Counted from the stretch's first letter, positions 14,761-24,028 are shown. The stretch: DNA of 29,455 nucleotides from Armatimonadia bacterium (GCA_039683575.1 JBDKRC010000286.1:1-29455); one strand, 5' to 3'. Program-made: numbers and translations. Notes: generated by a model from the sequence alone, not told the origin.

Positions 14761-16263
14761 CTACTGTAGCTTCGTGCCGTCCCATGTCCGGCTCTGTGAC
14801 CCATCCTTTGGCTGATCTCCGTACCACCATTTGCCTCGGAATGATCGGCCGTCCTCATCCAGAGTGAAGACCACGGCGCCGCCCCCCCGCGGAGGGGCGT
14901 AATCTGGAGCCTCTAGCCACACGCCTCTAAAGACCCTGCCGTCCCCCGAGACAACGCCCTGTACTTTGCCGCTCTTGTGTGTATACGTCCCGTAGGCTCT
15001 GTCCTTGTCCACGGTCAGCTCAAGCACCCCCCACGCCGTCTGCCACTTGCCGGCGAACGGCGCAGTGGGCGGCAACTCCTGCGCCTCATAGAGCCGGTCG
15101 TAGGTGATGCGTGAGCGCCCCGCCCTGACCGTGGCCCGCAGCAGTACCTGTTCCCCGGCCTTCAGCGGCACCGGCACCGCGACCTCGGAAGTGTGCTTCT
15201 CCTGGCCCGCCTCCCCTGCCACCTCCACTATCACTGGGTATCGCTGATCGTACATGTTCCACGGGATACCCGGGGTCTGGAAGGCGATCCAGCCACCAAC
15301 AGACCCCTGTCCTGAGCTGTCCTTCATCGTTGCGCTGGCACCAAGCTTGCTTCCCGGAACCAGGCGGTCAATGCTCTCCGGCGTGTACTTCCAGTTCATG
15401 ATGCCGTTGTGATTGCCGCTGAGTTCGCCCAGCGTCCAGCGCTCCTGGGACTGTATTGACCCGTCACATGCTCCACCGGACTGCTTGGAGTAGTCTGCAA
15501 GGTTGTAATCCTGACTCTTGTAGATCGTGCTACCCCCATAGACCCAGACGTACTGTCGCCTCTCAGTAGTCGGCAAAGGAGGAGGCTCAGTCCCCGGGGG
15601 AGGCAAGGTCGGCTTGGTGGTCGGTCCCATGCAAGCCGCTGCGGCAACTTCAGCATATCCCTCCCAACGATAGCCCTCGTTGCATGAGAACAGGCTGTAG
15701 CCCTGCTTCCGCATCTCCGAGCCCCATTCGGCCACCGGCATGCCATTCCACTTGCTGCCGTCCATGCCGGAGAACTGCTCGCCGTTCCCGACCGCGTGCT
15801 GCCACGGGTCGAAAATGTACATGCGTCCCTCGTGGATCAGGGCCACAGCTCCGTGATTGCGGTTGGGGTTGATGAGGTGGACGAAGCAGGGCTTGTAGGC
15901 GAGGATGTCAGCGACTTTCCCGGCTTTGAGCCCGGCACCAGCAAAGAGCGCCTTCGCGCGAGTTGTGAGGTCTCCGCAGGTGTATGCGTCGGGGCGCTCC
16001 TGGGTCAGCCTGCCAAGCCAACCGCTGTTCACGACTTTGCCCTGCTTGGCAAGGTACGTGCAGTACTCGCCGACCACATAGCGGGCCTTGACCAGGTCAT
16101 TGCCTTGCTTCACATGAGCCGGGGCTGACTTAAGATAGTCATGACCCAGAATCTGCAGTTGCTGTCTGGTCTTGGCGTCGAGTTCGTTCTCAGCGAAGGC
16201 GGCGCTGGTGAGACAGGCCAGCAGAACCATCATCAGGAGGGCATGGCATCTTGTCACTCTCAT
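14761..16263 (-). CDS. Secreted multidomain protein with a putative papain/transglutaminase-like Cys-His-Asp domain and a C-terminal Trp/Gly-rich beta-barrel domain
   Basis: Signal peptide ending AAFA|E. 'TCGD', 'NHGAV' and 'YIFDPW' in triad order, then a Pro/Thr linker. C-terminal 'FAGKW.T.WG.L.L...GTY...G.V.G...F.G.W...W.G.K'. The ORF-track extension to 16578 overlaps lutB and is not supported; the exact start is uncertain. Confidence 0.6.
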   Translation of the reverse strand: MRVTRCHALLMMVLLACLTSAAFAENELDAKTRQQLQILGHDYLKSAPAHVKQGNDLVKARYVVGEYCTYLAKQGKVVNSGWLGRLTQERPDAYTCGDLTTRAKALFAGAGLKAGKVADILAYKPCFVHLINPNRNHGAVALIHEGRMYIFDPWQHAVGNGEQFSGMDGSKWNGMPVAEWGSEMRKQGYSLFSCNEGYRWEGYAEVAAAACMGPTTKPTLPPPGTEPPPLPTTERRQYVWVYGGSTIYKSQDYNLADYSKQSGGACDGSIQSQERWTLGELSGNHNGIMNWKYTPESIDRLVPGSKLGASATMKDSSGQGSVGGWIAFQTPGIPWNMYDQRYPVIVEVAGEAGQEKHTSEVAVPVPLKAGEQVLLRATVRAGRSRITYDRLYEAQELPPTAPFAGKWQTAWGVLELTVDKDRAYGTYTHKSGKVQGVVSGDGRVFRGVWLEAPDYAPPRGGGAVVFTLDEDGRSFRGKWWYGDQPKDGSQSRTWDGTKLQ

Positions 16264-16316
16264 CACTCCTTGTGATACCCCCGCGCTCAGAGAGCCACCA
16301 AAAAGACCACGTATCG

Positions 16317-17675
16317 CTAATGGAAAGACCTCGACGGCAACGACGGAAGCTCCCTGCCCCACAGCCAACCCCGCACCGGCCCTAACACCCCCGCCAGCTT
16401 TCTGAGCCGCCACGCCTTGTGCATGCCCCACGTTGCCAGCCGATAGAGATGCGGGCTCGCGAGCACCCGCCCCATCACCCGATAGCCCAGCCGCTCGACC
16501 AATGGGAAGCGCCGTCGCCCCTGTGGCCGCACCCGCATCGCGGCAAGCTGGTGTGACAGCTTGTTCTTCACGGGGCAAACCTCGGCACAGGCTCCGCAGA
16601 GCGAGCAGACGAACGGGAGTTCCTCCACCCAGCCCTCGTCCGAAATGAAGGGCGCCCAGAGGTTGCCGATGGCACCGGGGTAGGTCCAGTAGGCGTGTCC
16701 GCCCACCTTGTTGTAGATGGGGCAGATGTTGCAGCAGGTCCCGCAGCGGATGCAGGTGAGAGCCGCGCGAGCGGAGGGATCGGCGAGCAGGCGCGAGCGG
16801 CCGTTGTCGAGCAGAATGACGTGAAGTTCCTTCGGGCCGTCCGCGTCCTGGCTGTGGCGGGGGCCGGTGATGAAGGTTGTGTAGCAGGTCAAGGTCTGGC
16901 CGGTGGAGTTCCGGGCCAACAGCCGCAGCAGCGGCCCAAGGTCAGACAGGCGCGGCACTACCTTGTCAATCCCAACGAGAGCAACGTGCACCTCTGGGAG
17001 CGCCGTCACGAGGCCCTGGTTACCCTCATTGTCGCAGATGACGAGGGTACCGGTCTCGGCCACGAGGAAGTTCCCACCGGAGACGCCCAGACGTGATTGC
17101 AGGAACTCCTGCCGCAGTTCCTCCCGCACGAGGAGCGTCAGCTTCTGCGGGTCATCGGTGAAGGGGACGCCGAGCTCCTTGCAGATCAGGCGCCCGCAGT
17201 CCTCGCGGGACATGTGCACTGCCGGGGCGGTGATGTGAGTGGGCCTGTCTCCGGCAAGCTGTACCAGGTATTCGCCGAGGTCGGTCTCAACCGGCTGCAA
17301 TCCGGCCTTGCCGAGCGCCTCGTTCAGGCAGGTCTCCTCCGAGGTCATCGTCTTGCCCTTGACGACCTTCTTCACCCCCACCCGCCGGGCCAGGTCGATG
17401 ATGTACTCATTGGCCGCGGCGGCATCCTCGGCCCAGAAGACCCGCGCCCCTGCCGCCTGCAGATTGTGTTCAGCCTGCGCCAGAAGCTCGTCCAGATGCG
17501 CCAGGCCGTACTGCCGGATGGCATGGGCGGCGTCGCGAAGCTCCTCCCACTCGGGCACCTCCGCCTTCCGCTCTTCGCGGTGGGCGAGCGAGGTACTCAT
17601 TGAGTGCCCCATCTTGCGGCGCAGTTCGGGGTCGGCGATCTTTTCAGCGAATATCTGTCGTGATTTGATGGTCAT
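16317..17675 (-). CDS. lutB: Lactate utilization protein B (LutB/YkgF/LldF), Fe-S protein
   Basis: 'VKGKTMTSEE', 'ETDLGEY', 'P.HI..PA.H', 'NEGN', 'GP.ELH.ILLDNGR' and two ferredoxin motifs (CIRCGTCCNICP, CSLCGACAEVCP). Confidence 0.9.
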   Translation of the reverse strand: MTIKSRQIFAEKIADPELRRKMGHSMSTSLAHREERKAEVPEWEELRDAAHAIRQYGLAHLDELLAQAEHNLQAAGARVFWAEDAAAANEYIIDLARRVGVKKVVKGKTMTSEETCLNEALGKAGLQPVETDLGEYLVQLAGDRPTHITAPAVHMSREDCGRLICKELGVPFTDDPQKLTLLVREELRQEFLQSRLGVSGGNFLVAETGTLVICDNEGNQGLVTALPEVHVALVGIDKVVPRLSDLGPLLRLLARNSTGQTLTCYTTFITGPRHSQDADGPKELHVILLDNGRSRLLADPSARAALTCIRCGTCCNICPIYNKVGGHAYWTYPGAIGNLWAPFISDEGWVEELPFVCSLCGACAEVCPVKNKLSHQLAAMRVRPQGRRRFPLVERLGYRVMGRVLASPHLYRLATWGMHKAWRLRKLAGVLGPVRGWLWGRELPSLPSRSFH

Positions 17676-17690
17676 GTTGCTGTGTGTGGT

Positions 17691-17718
17691 GCGGAGCCGG
17701 GCGAGACGCCCGGTCTGC
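17691..17718. repeat. Intergenic hairpin with CG-AGA-CG apex (REP-like)
   Basis: CCGGGCG-AGA-CGCCCGG at 17697-17713, between lutA and lutB. Confidence 0.55.
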
Positions 17719-17741
17719 GAAGAAAAGGGCAAGTGGATGCG

Positions 17742-18470
17742 CTAGAGGAGCCCCATCCCCCTCGCCAATAGCTCTGCCATGTGCCTCGTCCCAATCGCTA
17801 GCCCTCTGCGGTCGATTCGTCCCTGCAGATGCATCAGACAACTCGCCTCAACCCCCACAATCCACTCCGCGCCCGTCCGCAGTGCGTTGTCCAGCTTCTC
17901 ATCCGCCATCGCGGTGGACACTTCCGGGTACTTGGCCGAGAACACCCCACCGAACCCGCAGCAGACATCGGACTTCTCCATCTCCACGAGTTCGAGCCCT
18001 TCCACGGCCCGCAGGAGGGCTCGGGGCTGCTCGCGGACGCCCAACTCGCGTAGGGGGTGGCACGAATCGTGAACGGTCACTTTCGTCGAGAGTTTGGCGC
18101 CCAGGTTGGTGACACCCAGGTCATCTACCAGGAAGCTGGTCAGTTCCCGCACTCGTGGGCCGATCTCGCAGGACAGCCTCTCTTCGGGCTCCCCGGCGAA
18201 GAGTTGCGGATAGTTCACGCGCACCATGCTGACACAGGAGCCGGAGGGGGCAACGATCAGGTCGTGGTCTGCAAACACGCGCAGAAAGTTGCGCGCAATG
18301 CGGCGGCTCTCAGGCCAGTACCCCGCATTGAAGGTCGGCTGCCCGCAACAGGTCTGGTCTGGCGGCACAACAACCTCATGCCCAAGGTGCGACAGGATCC
18401 GCAGCGTGGCTTCAGCCACTTGCGGGAAGAACTGATCGACGTAACACGGCACAAACAGTGCGATCTTCAT
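17742..18470 (-). CDS. lutA: Lactate utilization protein A (LutA/YkgE/LldE), CCG-domain Fe-S protein
   Basis: 'LF.PC.VD', 'QTCCGQP..N.G', 'PSGSC', 'HDSCH', 'CCGFGG.FS' and 'SCLMH'. Confidence 0.92.
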   Translation of the reverse strand: MKIALFVPCYVDQFFPQVAEATLRILSHLGHEVVVPPDQTCCGQPTFNAGYWPESRRIARNFLRVFADHDLIVAPSGSCVSMVRVNYPQLFAGEPEERLSCEIGPRVRELTSFLVDDLGVTNLGAKLSTKVTVHDSCHPLRELGVREQPRALLRAVEGLELVEMEKSDVCCGFGGVFSAKYPEVSTAMADEKLDNALRTGAEWIVGVEASCLMHLQGRIDRRGLAIGTRHMAELLARGMGLL

Positions 18471-18473
18471 GCT

Positions 18474-19553
18474 CTAGGCCTTCAATACATGCACGGCGCT
18501 GCTGCGCCAGCACGTGCTGACAGTGTCGCCCTCAGCGATCCCGGCGGTCCGGTACGCCTGCGGTGTCATGGTGGCTAGCAAGGGCAGCGGCCCCTGCAGG
18601 TGCAGGCGCATGATCCGACCCCGGTCCTCAACCATGGTAAGGGTAAATCGCGGGCAGACGCCCTTCTCATCCACAATGGCCGTCACACCGGACGCAGTCG
18701 GCTTCTCCTGCGGGGTTACCTCGATCTCCTCGGGCCGGATCATCACCAGTAGCTCGTCTGCGTCAGGGAGATTGGCCACAGACAGCCGCAGTCCCTCCCC
18801 GACCACTACCTGACGTGCGGCGCGATCCACCTTGTGCACAGGAAAGACGTTCTCGGCTCCCACAAAACGAGCGATGAAGGCGCTCTCCGGCTTGCGGAAG
18901 ACTTCCGCCGGCGGACCGACTTGCAGCACCCGGCCCTGGTGCATGATTGCGATGCGGTCGGCCAGTTGCAGGGCCTCGTCAAAGTTGTGACACACGTGGA
19001 TGACCGTGGTGCCAAGTTCGTCGGAGATACGGCTCAGTTCCACTGACAACTCTGCCCGCGTCCCCTCATCGAGCGCACTGAGCGGCTCGTCCAGCAAGAG
19101 CAGTGTTGGTTCCGGGGCCAGAGCCCGCGCCAACGCCCCACGTTGCTGCTCGCCGCCGGAAAGCGTCCGCGGCTTGCGCTCCAGCAGGTGCGAGATGTTC
19201 AGGAGTCGCGAAAGCTGTTCCGTCCGCGCTTCGATCTGCTCCAGCGGCACCCGCTGCAACGCCAGCGAGAAGCCGATGTTGCGCCGCAACGACAGGTGGG
19301 GGAAGAGGACGTAGTCCTGGGGTACATAGCCGATCCGTCGCAACTCCGGCGCGAGGTTGGTCACGTCCCGTCCCTCAAGCCAAACCTCACCCTGGTCCAC
19401 CTTGTGCAGCCCCGCGATGCACTCTAAAAGGACCGTCTTCCCTGCGCCGGTCGGACCGAGAATCACGAAATACTCGCCGCTCTCAACGCGCAGGTCCACC
19501 CCGCGCAGCGAGAACTCGCCCAACTCCTTGTGCACATTCTTAACTTCGATCAT
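18474..19553 (-). CDS. modC: ABC ATPase, ModC/WtpC-like
   Basis: Walker A GPTGAGKT, 'LSGGEQQR', 'LLLDEP', H-loop and a TOBE-like C-terminus. ATGA overlap with the upstream gene at 19550-19553. Confidence 0.8.
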   Translation of the reverse strand: MIEVKNVHKELGEFSLRGVDLRVESGEYFVILGPTGAGKTVLLECIAGLHKVDQGEVWLEGRDVTNLAPELRRIGYVPQDYVLFPHLSLRRNIGFSLALQRVPLEQIEARTEQLSRLLNISHLLERKPRTLSGGEQQRGALARALAPEPTLLLLDEPLSALDEGTRAELSVELSRISDELGTTVIHVCHNFDEALQLADRIAIMHQGRVLQVGPPAEVFRKPESAFIARFVGAENVFPVHKVDRAARQVVVGEGLRLSVANLPDADELLVMIRPEEIEVTPQEKPTASGVTAIVDEKGVCPRFTLTMVEDRGRIMRLHLQGPLPLLATMTPQAYRTAGIAEGDTVSTCWRSSAVHVLKA

Positions 19554-20335
19554 GGGCTTGTTACCGGCTGAATCCTGTGCTTCTCCATGAGGTCGCGGGC
19601 CGCCGCGCTGCGGGCGAACTCGATGAACCGCTGCGCCTCCGGTGCGTTGGCCGCCGCTGCGGGAATGCCCAGCAGCACCGGTACCGGCGGGCTCATCTCC
19701 CTGGGGAATACTACCACAGACTTGATACTTCCCGGCTCTTCCCCCAGGCACAGCGACCACACTATCGCCGCGTCAATGTCGCGACCGAGCGAAAGCCACT
19801 TGAGCAATTCGCAACCGCTTTGTGTATAGACAAATCGCGGCTGCAGCTCCTGCCACAGGCCCGTCTTGCTCAGCGCCTGCTTGGCATAGTAGCCCACACC
19901 CACCTGGGCGGGATCGCCCACGCCGATGCGGCGCAGGCCGGGCTTGTGCAGGTCGGCGATACTACGCACCGGGGCTTTCACTCGCGACGAGGTGACAAGA
20001 GCGAGGCTGGTGTAGCCGATTTCGCTCGTCTGGCTGAAGCTGATTTGCCCGGTGCGGCTCAGGTGATCGAGCTCGAACTGGCCGAGGCTTGCGAAAAGGT
20101 CAAAGTTCGCCTTCATCCCCGGGCGTTTGAACAGCACGCAGGGCGGGCAGGTGAAGTCGGTGACGACGGTGACTTCTGGATGCTGCTCCTGATAACGCTT
20201 CACAAGGTCCGAGAAGAGCGCGTCCAGCGACGGCCCGCCACGGATGGTGAGATGCGTCTGGCCGGGCTTGCAGCCGCACAAGAGCAGCGGGAGCACCAAT
20301 ACAAGCAGAAGGTTCGCGAGTCTGCGATCTACCAC
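19550..20335 (-). CDS. ModA-like substrate-binding lipoprotein with CPPC motif
   Basis: GTG 20335 after GGGAGGGG, lipobox LLCGC. ModA-fold segments 'DLFAS', 'RIGVGDP..V.VG.YA.QAL...GLW' and 'A..FIEF..S'. Confidence 0.75.
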   Translation of the reverse strand: MVDRRLANLLLVLVLPLLLCGCKPGQTHLTIRGGPSLDALFSDLVKRYQEQHPEVTVVTDFTCPPCVLFKRPGMKANFDLFASLGQFELDHLSRTGQISFSQTSEIGYTSLALVTSSRVKAPVRSIADLHKPGLRRIGVGDPAQVGVGYYAKQALSKTGLWQELQPRFVYTQSGCELLKWLSLGRDIDAAIVWSLCLGEEPGSIKSVVVFPREMSPPVPVLLGIPAAAANAPEAQRFIEFARSAAARDLMEKHRIQPVTSP

Positions 20336-21132
20336 AGGTATCCCCTCCCGCCGAGTTTGCGGAACAGGAGCAAGGCCACAGTGGCCAGAATCACGAGAAT
20401 GATGGTCACGCTGAGGGCCATCTCGACGCGGCCGATGGACATGTTGAGAAAGACTGCAATGGAGAGCACTTCGGTCTTGTAGCGCGTCGCGCCGCAGAAC
20501 ATCAGGATGGGGCCGAACTCGCCCGCGGCGCGCGCCCACGTCATGATCGCCCCGGCCACCAGGCCATTGCGCGCGAGGGGCAAAAGCACTTGCCAGAAGG
20601 CCTGCCGCTCACTGCAGCCCAGTGTCCTTGCCACCTGCTCCATGCGTGGGTCCACGCTGTCAAAGGCGGCCTTTAGGGACCGCACGCAGAAGCTGGCCGC
20701 TGGCACAAGCTGCGCCAAAACGATCCCCTGCGTGGTGAACACAAAGGGCATGATGTGCGCCTCGATCCACTCTCCCGCCGCCGTTTGGAAGAACACCAGC
20801 AGCGCAATCCCTGCCACCAGCGGTGGGAGCACGATCGGCAGGTCAATGATCGTGTCGATCAGCGCGTGGAAGGGCAGCTTGTAGCGGCTCAGCGCATACG
20901 CAGAAGGCAGGGCCAGCGCCACAGAGATCAGCGTCGTAATCGTCGTGGTAATGGCTGTCAGCCTGATTGCGGAGAGGATCTCGGAGGAGACGAGGGCGGA
21001 GCTAAAGGTCGGGAGATCGAGGTAGAAGGCCATCGAGAGCAGGATGACCAGAATCACGCTGATCATCAGGATCAGTCCGGAGACGATCAGGAAGCGAAAG
21101 AACGCCCGGTTGACCTGTGAGGAGAGATTCAT
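20329..21132 (-). CDS. modB: ABC permease, ModB/WtpB-like
   Basis: 'DLPIVLPPLVAG.ALL', EAA-like 'MEQVARTLG' and 'WARA.GEFG'. Confidence 0.85.
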   Translation of the reverse strand: MNLSSQVNRAFFRFLIVSGLILMISVILVILLSMAFYLDLPTFSSALVSSEILSAIRLTAITTTITTLISVALALPSAYALSRYKLPFHALIDTIIDLPIVLPPLVAGIALLVFFQTAAGEWIEAHIMPFVFTTQGIVLAQLVPAASFCVRSLKAAFDSVDPRMEQVARTLGCSERQAFWQVLLPLARNGLVAGAIMTWARAAGEFGPILMFCGATRYKTEVLSIAVFLNMSIGRVEMALSVTIILVILATVALLLFRKLGGRGYLW

Positions 21133-21146
21133 GTCAGAATCACGCA

Positions 21147-21173
21147 GGGCCGGAGCGCATCTGCATCCGGCCC
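21147..21173. repeat. Intercistronic hairpin, REP-like family B copy 2
   Basis: GGGCCGGA...TCCGGCCC, between the binding-protein gene and the permease gene. Confidence 0.55.
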
Positions 21174-21196
21174 GATTGTGAGCTAAGTTGCGCCGC

Positions 21197-22756
21197 CTAC
21201 TTTGCTGCCGGCACCATGCCGCTCTGCTTCACTATCGCCTGGCCTTCGGAACTGCACAGGAAGTCGATGAAGGCCTGTGCCTCCGCCGGGTGCTTCGAGA
21301 ACTTCAGCAAACCGATAGGCGCGAGTGACGGCCGGTACAGGGCCTTGTCAATCGCGACCATGTCGCAGTCCTTGGTCTGCTGCGCCGCGGTTACATTCCA
21401 GACGATGGCGACATCAACGGACTTGAGCTTTACCGAGTTCCCCAGCTCGGGCACATTCCCCGCGCGGAAGACGACGTTGCGGTTGACCTGCTCAAAGAGC
21501 GCCGCCTTCTTCAGAAGCTCATCGGCCGCACGCCCTACCGCTGCCGCCTCGGGCTCGCCCAGGCCCACCTTCATCTTGGGCTTGGCCAGGTCGGCGAGCG
21601 TCTTGATGCCCTTGGGATTGCCTTTTTGCACGAGCAGTACGGGCTCGAAGCAACCCACCGGCTTCTCGGAACTGATGAATCCGCGTTCGGAGGCCTGCTT
21701 GAGGTAGAAGTCCTCGCCGGGCATGTACAGGTCTCCGCGCTTGCTGAAGGTCAACTGGCTGAGCAGGCAGCCTGACCCGGCGTAGCCGATGTCGAGGCGG
21801 ACCTTCGGGTTCAGCTTCTGAAATTCCTCGCTCGCCGCGTCAAGCATTGGCCGCAGACCAGCGCCGGCGTACAGATACAAGCTGGTGCGGGCGCCGCTGG
21901 CTGGTTCCTTAGCCCGGTCAAAAGCCCAGTTCTCCCAGATGTCCTGCACCTGGTCCTCGAGCAGCAGCGCGAGGAAGGCACGGCCCGCCGCGGGATTCGC
22001 CGCGCCCTTGATGACGGCGGCTTGCGCGGGGATCTGCCCGACGAGCTCCGTCGGCAGCTTACCAAGAAGCTGGACCTTCCCCGGCATTTCCTGCTGCTTG
22101 CCGCCGACGATCCGTGTCTCGCGCGTGCAGGGGTAGTAGACAACGCCCACGTCAGCCTTGCCGGCCGAGAGAGTGACTTTGATCTGTGCCGGTTCAGGCG
22201 TCAGCCACAGCTTCTTGCCCTTCTCAAGCGTGTCCCAGACACCGCTCTTCCTGAAGGCCTGCTCCGCATAGTAACCCGAGCTATTCTCCGGCGTCGCCAT
22301 GGCTACAGTCTTCACGGACTTCTTGGTGAGATCGGTGACTGCCTCGATCCCGCAGGGGTTGCCCTTCTTCACGATGAAGGCGATGGAGTTGTATGCATAC
22401 GTCACAGGCTGGCCGTCCACCCGCTCCTTCGCGGTCACACGCTGCATTTCGCGGTCACCGAGCGCCAGCCAGACATCCGGAGCGGCCTTGCCGTCGGCGA
22501 TGAGCTTGGTCTGCACGTCGATGTTGGCCAGTTGCGGCCTGACCTTGCAGTTCGGGTAGCGCTGCTCGAAAATCGCCTTCGTCTGCCCGAACGGCCCGGC
22601 GACGCCGCACGGAACGAAGACCGTCAGTTCACCGCTCGGTGGCAGCCCGGCGGGGGCGGGCGCAGCCGCCGTCGGAGTAGCTTCCTTCGGCTTCTGGCAG
22701 CCAGCCAGGATGATCAGAAGGCCCGTCGCAATGATCACGGGGATCAGTCTACGCAT
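21197..22756 (-). CDS. Tandem two-domain ModA-like substrate-binding lipoprotein
   Basis: Lipobox ILAGC, AGGAG 6 nt before ATG 22756. Domain 2 is near-canonical ('YAGAGL.P', 'YAGSG.LL.Q...GDLYMPG', 'GNP.GI', 'AAVG'). Domain 1 is divergent ('FVPCG', 'VYYPC..ET'). Confidence 0.8.
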   Translation of the reverse strand: MRRLIPVIIATGLLIILAGCQKPKEATPTAAAPAPAGLPPSGELTVFVPCGVAGPFGQTKAIFEQRYPNCKVRPQLANIDVQTKLIADGKAAPDVWLALGDREMQRVTAKERVDGQPVTYAYNSIAFIVKKGNPCGIEAVTDLTKKSVKTVAMATPENSSGYYAEQAFRKSGVWDTLEKGKKLWLTPEPAQIKVTLSAGKADVGVVYYPCTRETRIVGGKQQEMPGKVQLLGKLPTELVGQIPAQAAVIKGAANPAAGRAFLALLLEDQVQDIWENWAFDRAKEPASGARTSLYLYAGAGLRPMLDAASEEFQKLNPKVRLDIGYAGSGCLLSQLTFSKRGDLYMPGEDFYLKQASERGFISSEKPVGCFEPVLLVQKGNPKGIKTLADLAKPKMKVGLGEPEAAAVGRAADELLKKAALFEQVNRNVVFRAGNVPELGNSVKLKSVDVAIVWNVTAAQQTKDCDMVAIDKALYRPSLAPIGLLKFSKHPAEAQAFIDFLCSSEGQAIVKQSGMVPAAK

Positions 22757-22788
22757 CATCTGCTCCTGTAGGCGATACGAATCGCCAG

Positions 22789-23991
22789 CTACTTCGCTTC
22801 CTTCGATAGCTTGGCAAGCACGGCATACAGGTCTGCTTCGGTCCACTCTCCGCCTATTCCCATCTTGAAGGTGACCTCCACAGGCTTTCCGCCCTTGTCA
22901 TAGCTGAAGGTCTGCTCGTCATTGATCAGGATGCCACCACAGGTCATGCCAGCCGCCTGCCACCGCTCGTATCCCTTATCACTGGTGAAGTCCACGAACT
23001 CGGCGCTGACCCTGGGGTACTTGGCGGGCAGGCCCTCGATCAGCTTCTTGATCTTGGCGTGCCCCTCGTTGTTAGGGTAGTAGGCAACAAGCTTGATCGG
23101 TCGGTCAGCAGCGGGGGCCGCCGCCGCAGGGGCGGTGGTTCCGGGCGCCGGACAGGATGCCAGGTCGAGACACCCGGCCATGCCGGACTCGCTTAGCACC
23201 TTCAGCCCCTTGGCAGAGGTCAGGTAATCCACAAACTGCTGCGCAGCCGCGCTGTTCTTGCTGCCGGTCAGCATGGCCACAAGGCATTGCTGCTTCGTAT
23301 AGGACTCGGCGGGGAAGGAGAAGGCAACCCTGACCTTCGTCTTCGAGAGCTTATCCGGGTTGGTCTCCAGGGGGCAGTTCTTGTAGGCAATCGCCGCGTC
23401 GGCCTTGCCACTGGCTACCATGTTGTAGGCCACGATGGCATGATCGGGGTACGGCTTGAGGAACTTCGGCTGGAGCGCGTCCCAGAGGCCAAGCTTGGTG
23501 AGGGCCTGCTTGCCCGAGGCGCCGGTGGAGTTGGTCTCAGGGTTAGCGGAGCCTATGGTCTTGCACTTCTTCAGGTCCGCGGGGGTCTTCAGGTCCAGCT
23601 TGCTGTCTCGCGGCACGATCACTACCAGTTCGAAGGTGCCGATAGGCTTGGCCTCGCCCGCGATATGGCCCTTATCCTGCAGGGCCTTTAGCTCGACGCT
23701 GCCGGGGGTGACCACCAGGTCTGCCTGCTCGCCCTTGTCGGCGATGCGCTTGACGATGACCCCGGCGTTGTCATAGATGCCGGTGATCTTCAGGCCCGGG
23801 CGCTCCTTCATGAAAGCGTCTGCGGCAGTGCGCATGGGGATTATCATACCGCAGGGGATGAAGGCGCGGATCTCGGTGGGCGTCGCGGCGACCGGGGTCG
23901 GAGCTACCTCCGCAGGCTTGGGGCGCTGGCACCCAGCAAGCGCCAAAACCAGCGAGGACACCAGCAGCAGGCCGAGCAAGTTGCGAGACAT
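22789..23991 (-). CDS. ModA-like substrate-binding lipoprotein with a C-terminal thioredoxin-like domain
   Basis: AGGAGG then ATG 23991, lipobox LAGC. 'FIPCG', 'NP...S.G....QAL..LGLW', 'G.ADAAI.Y..C..ET', an Ala/Pro linker and a roughly 100-aa alpha/beta domain. Confidence 0.7.
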   Translation of the reverse strand: MSRNLLGLLLVSSLVLALAGCQRPKPAEVAPTPVAATPTEIRAFIPCGMIIPMRTAADAFMKERPGLKITGIYDNAGVIVKRIADKGEQADLVVTPGSVELKALQDKGHIAGEAKPIGTFELVVIVPRDSKLDLKTPADLKKCKTIGSANPETNSTGASGKQALTKLGLWDALQPKFLKPYPDHAIVAYNMVASGKADAAIAYKNCPLETNPDKLSKTKVRVAFSFPAESYTKQQCLVAMLTGSKNSAAAQQFVDYLTSAKGLKVLSESGMAGCLDLASCPAPGTTAPAAAAPAADRPIKLVAYYPNNEGHAKIKKLIEGLPAKYPRVSAEFVDFTSDKGYERWQAAGMTCGGILINDEQTFSYDKGGKPVEVTFKMGIGGEWTEADLYAVLAKLSKEAK

Positions 23992-24028
23992 GTTCATCCT
24001 CCTTGGCAGCTTCAGCATCAGATCCGCG

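Noticed and set aside
16287-16319. Pyrrolysine or amber read-through at the lutB TAG
   Set aside because: It would add only about 10 residues, there are no pyl genes in the window, and TAG ends many other genes here.
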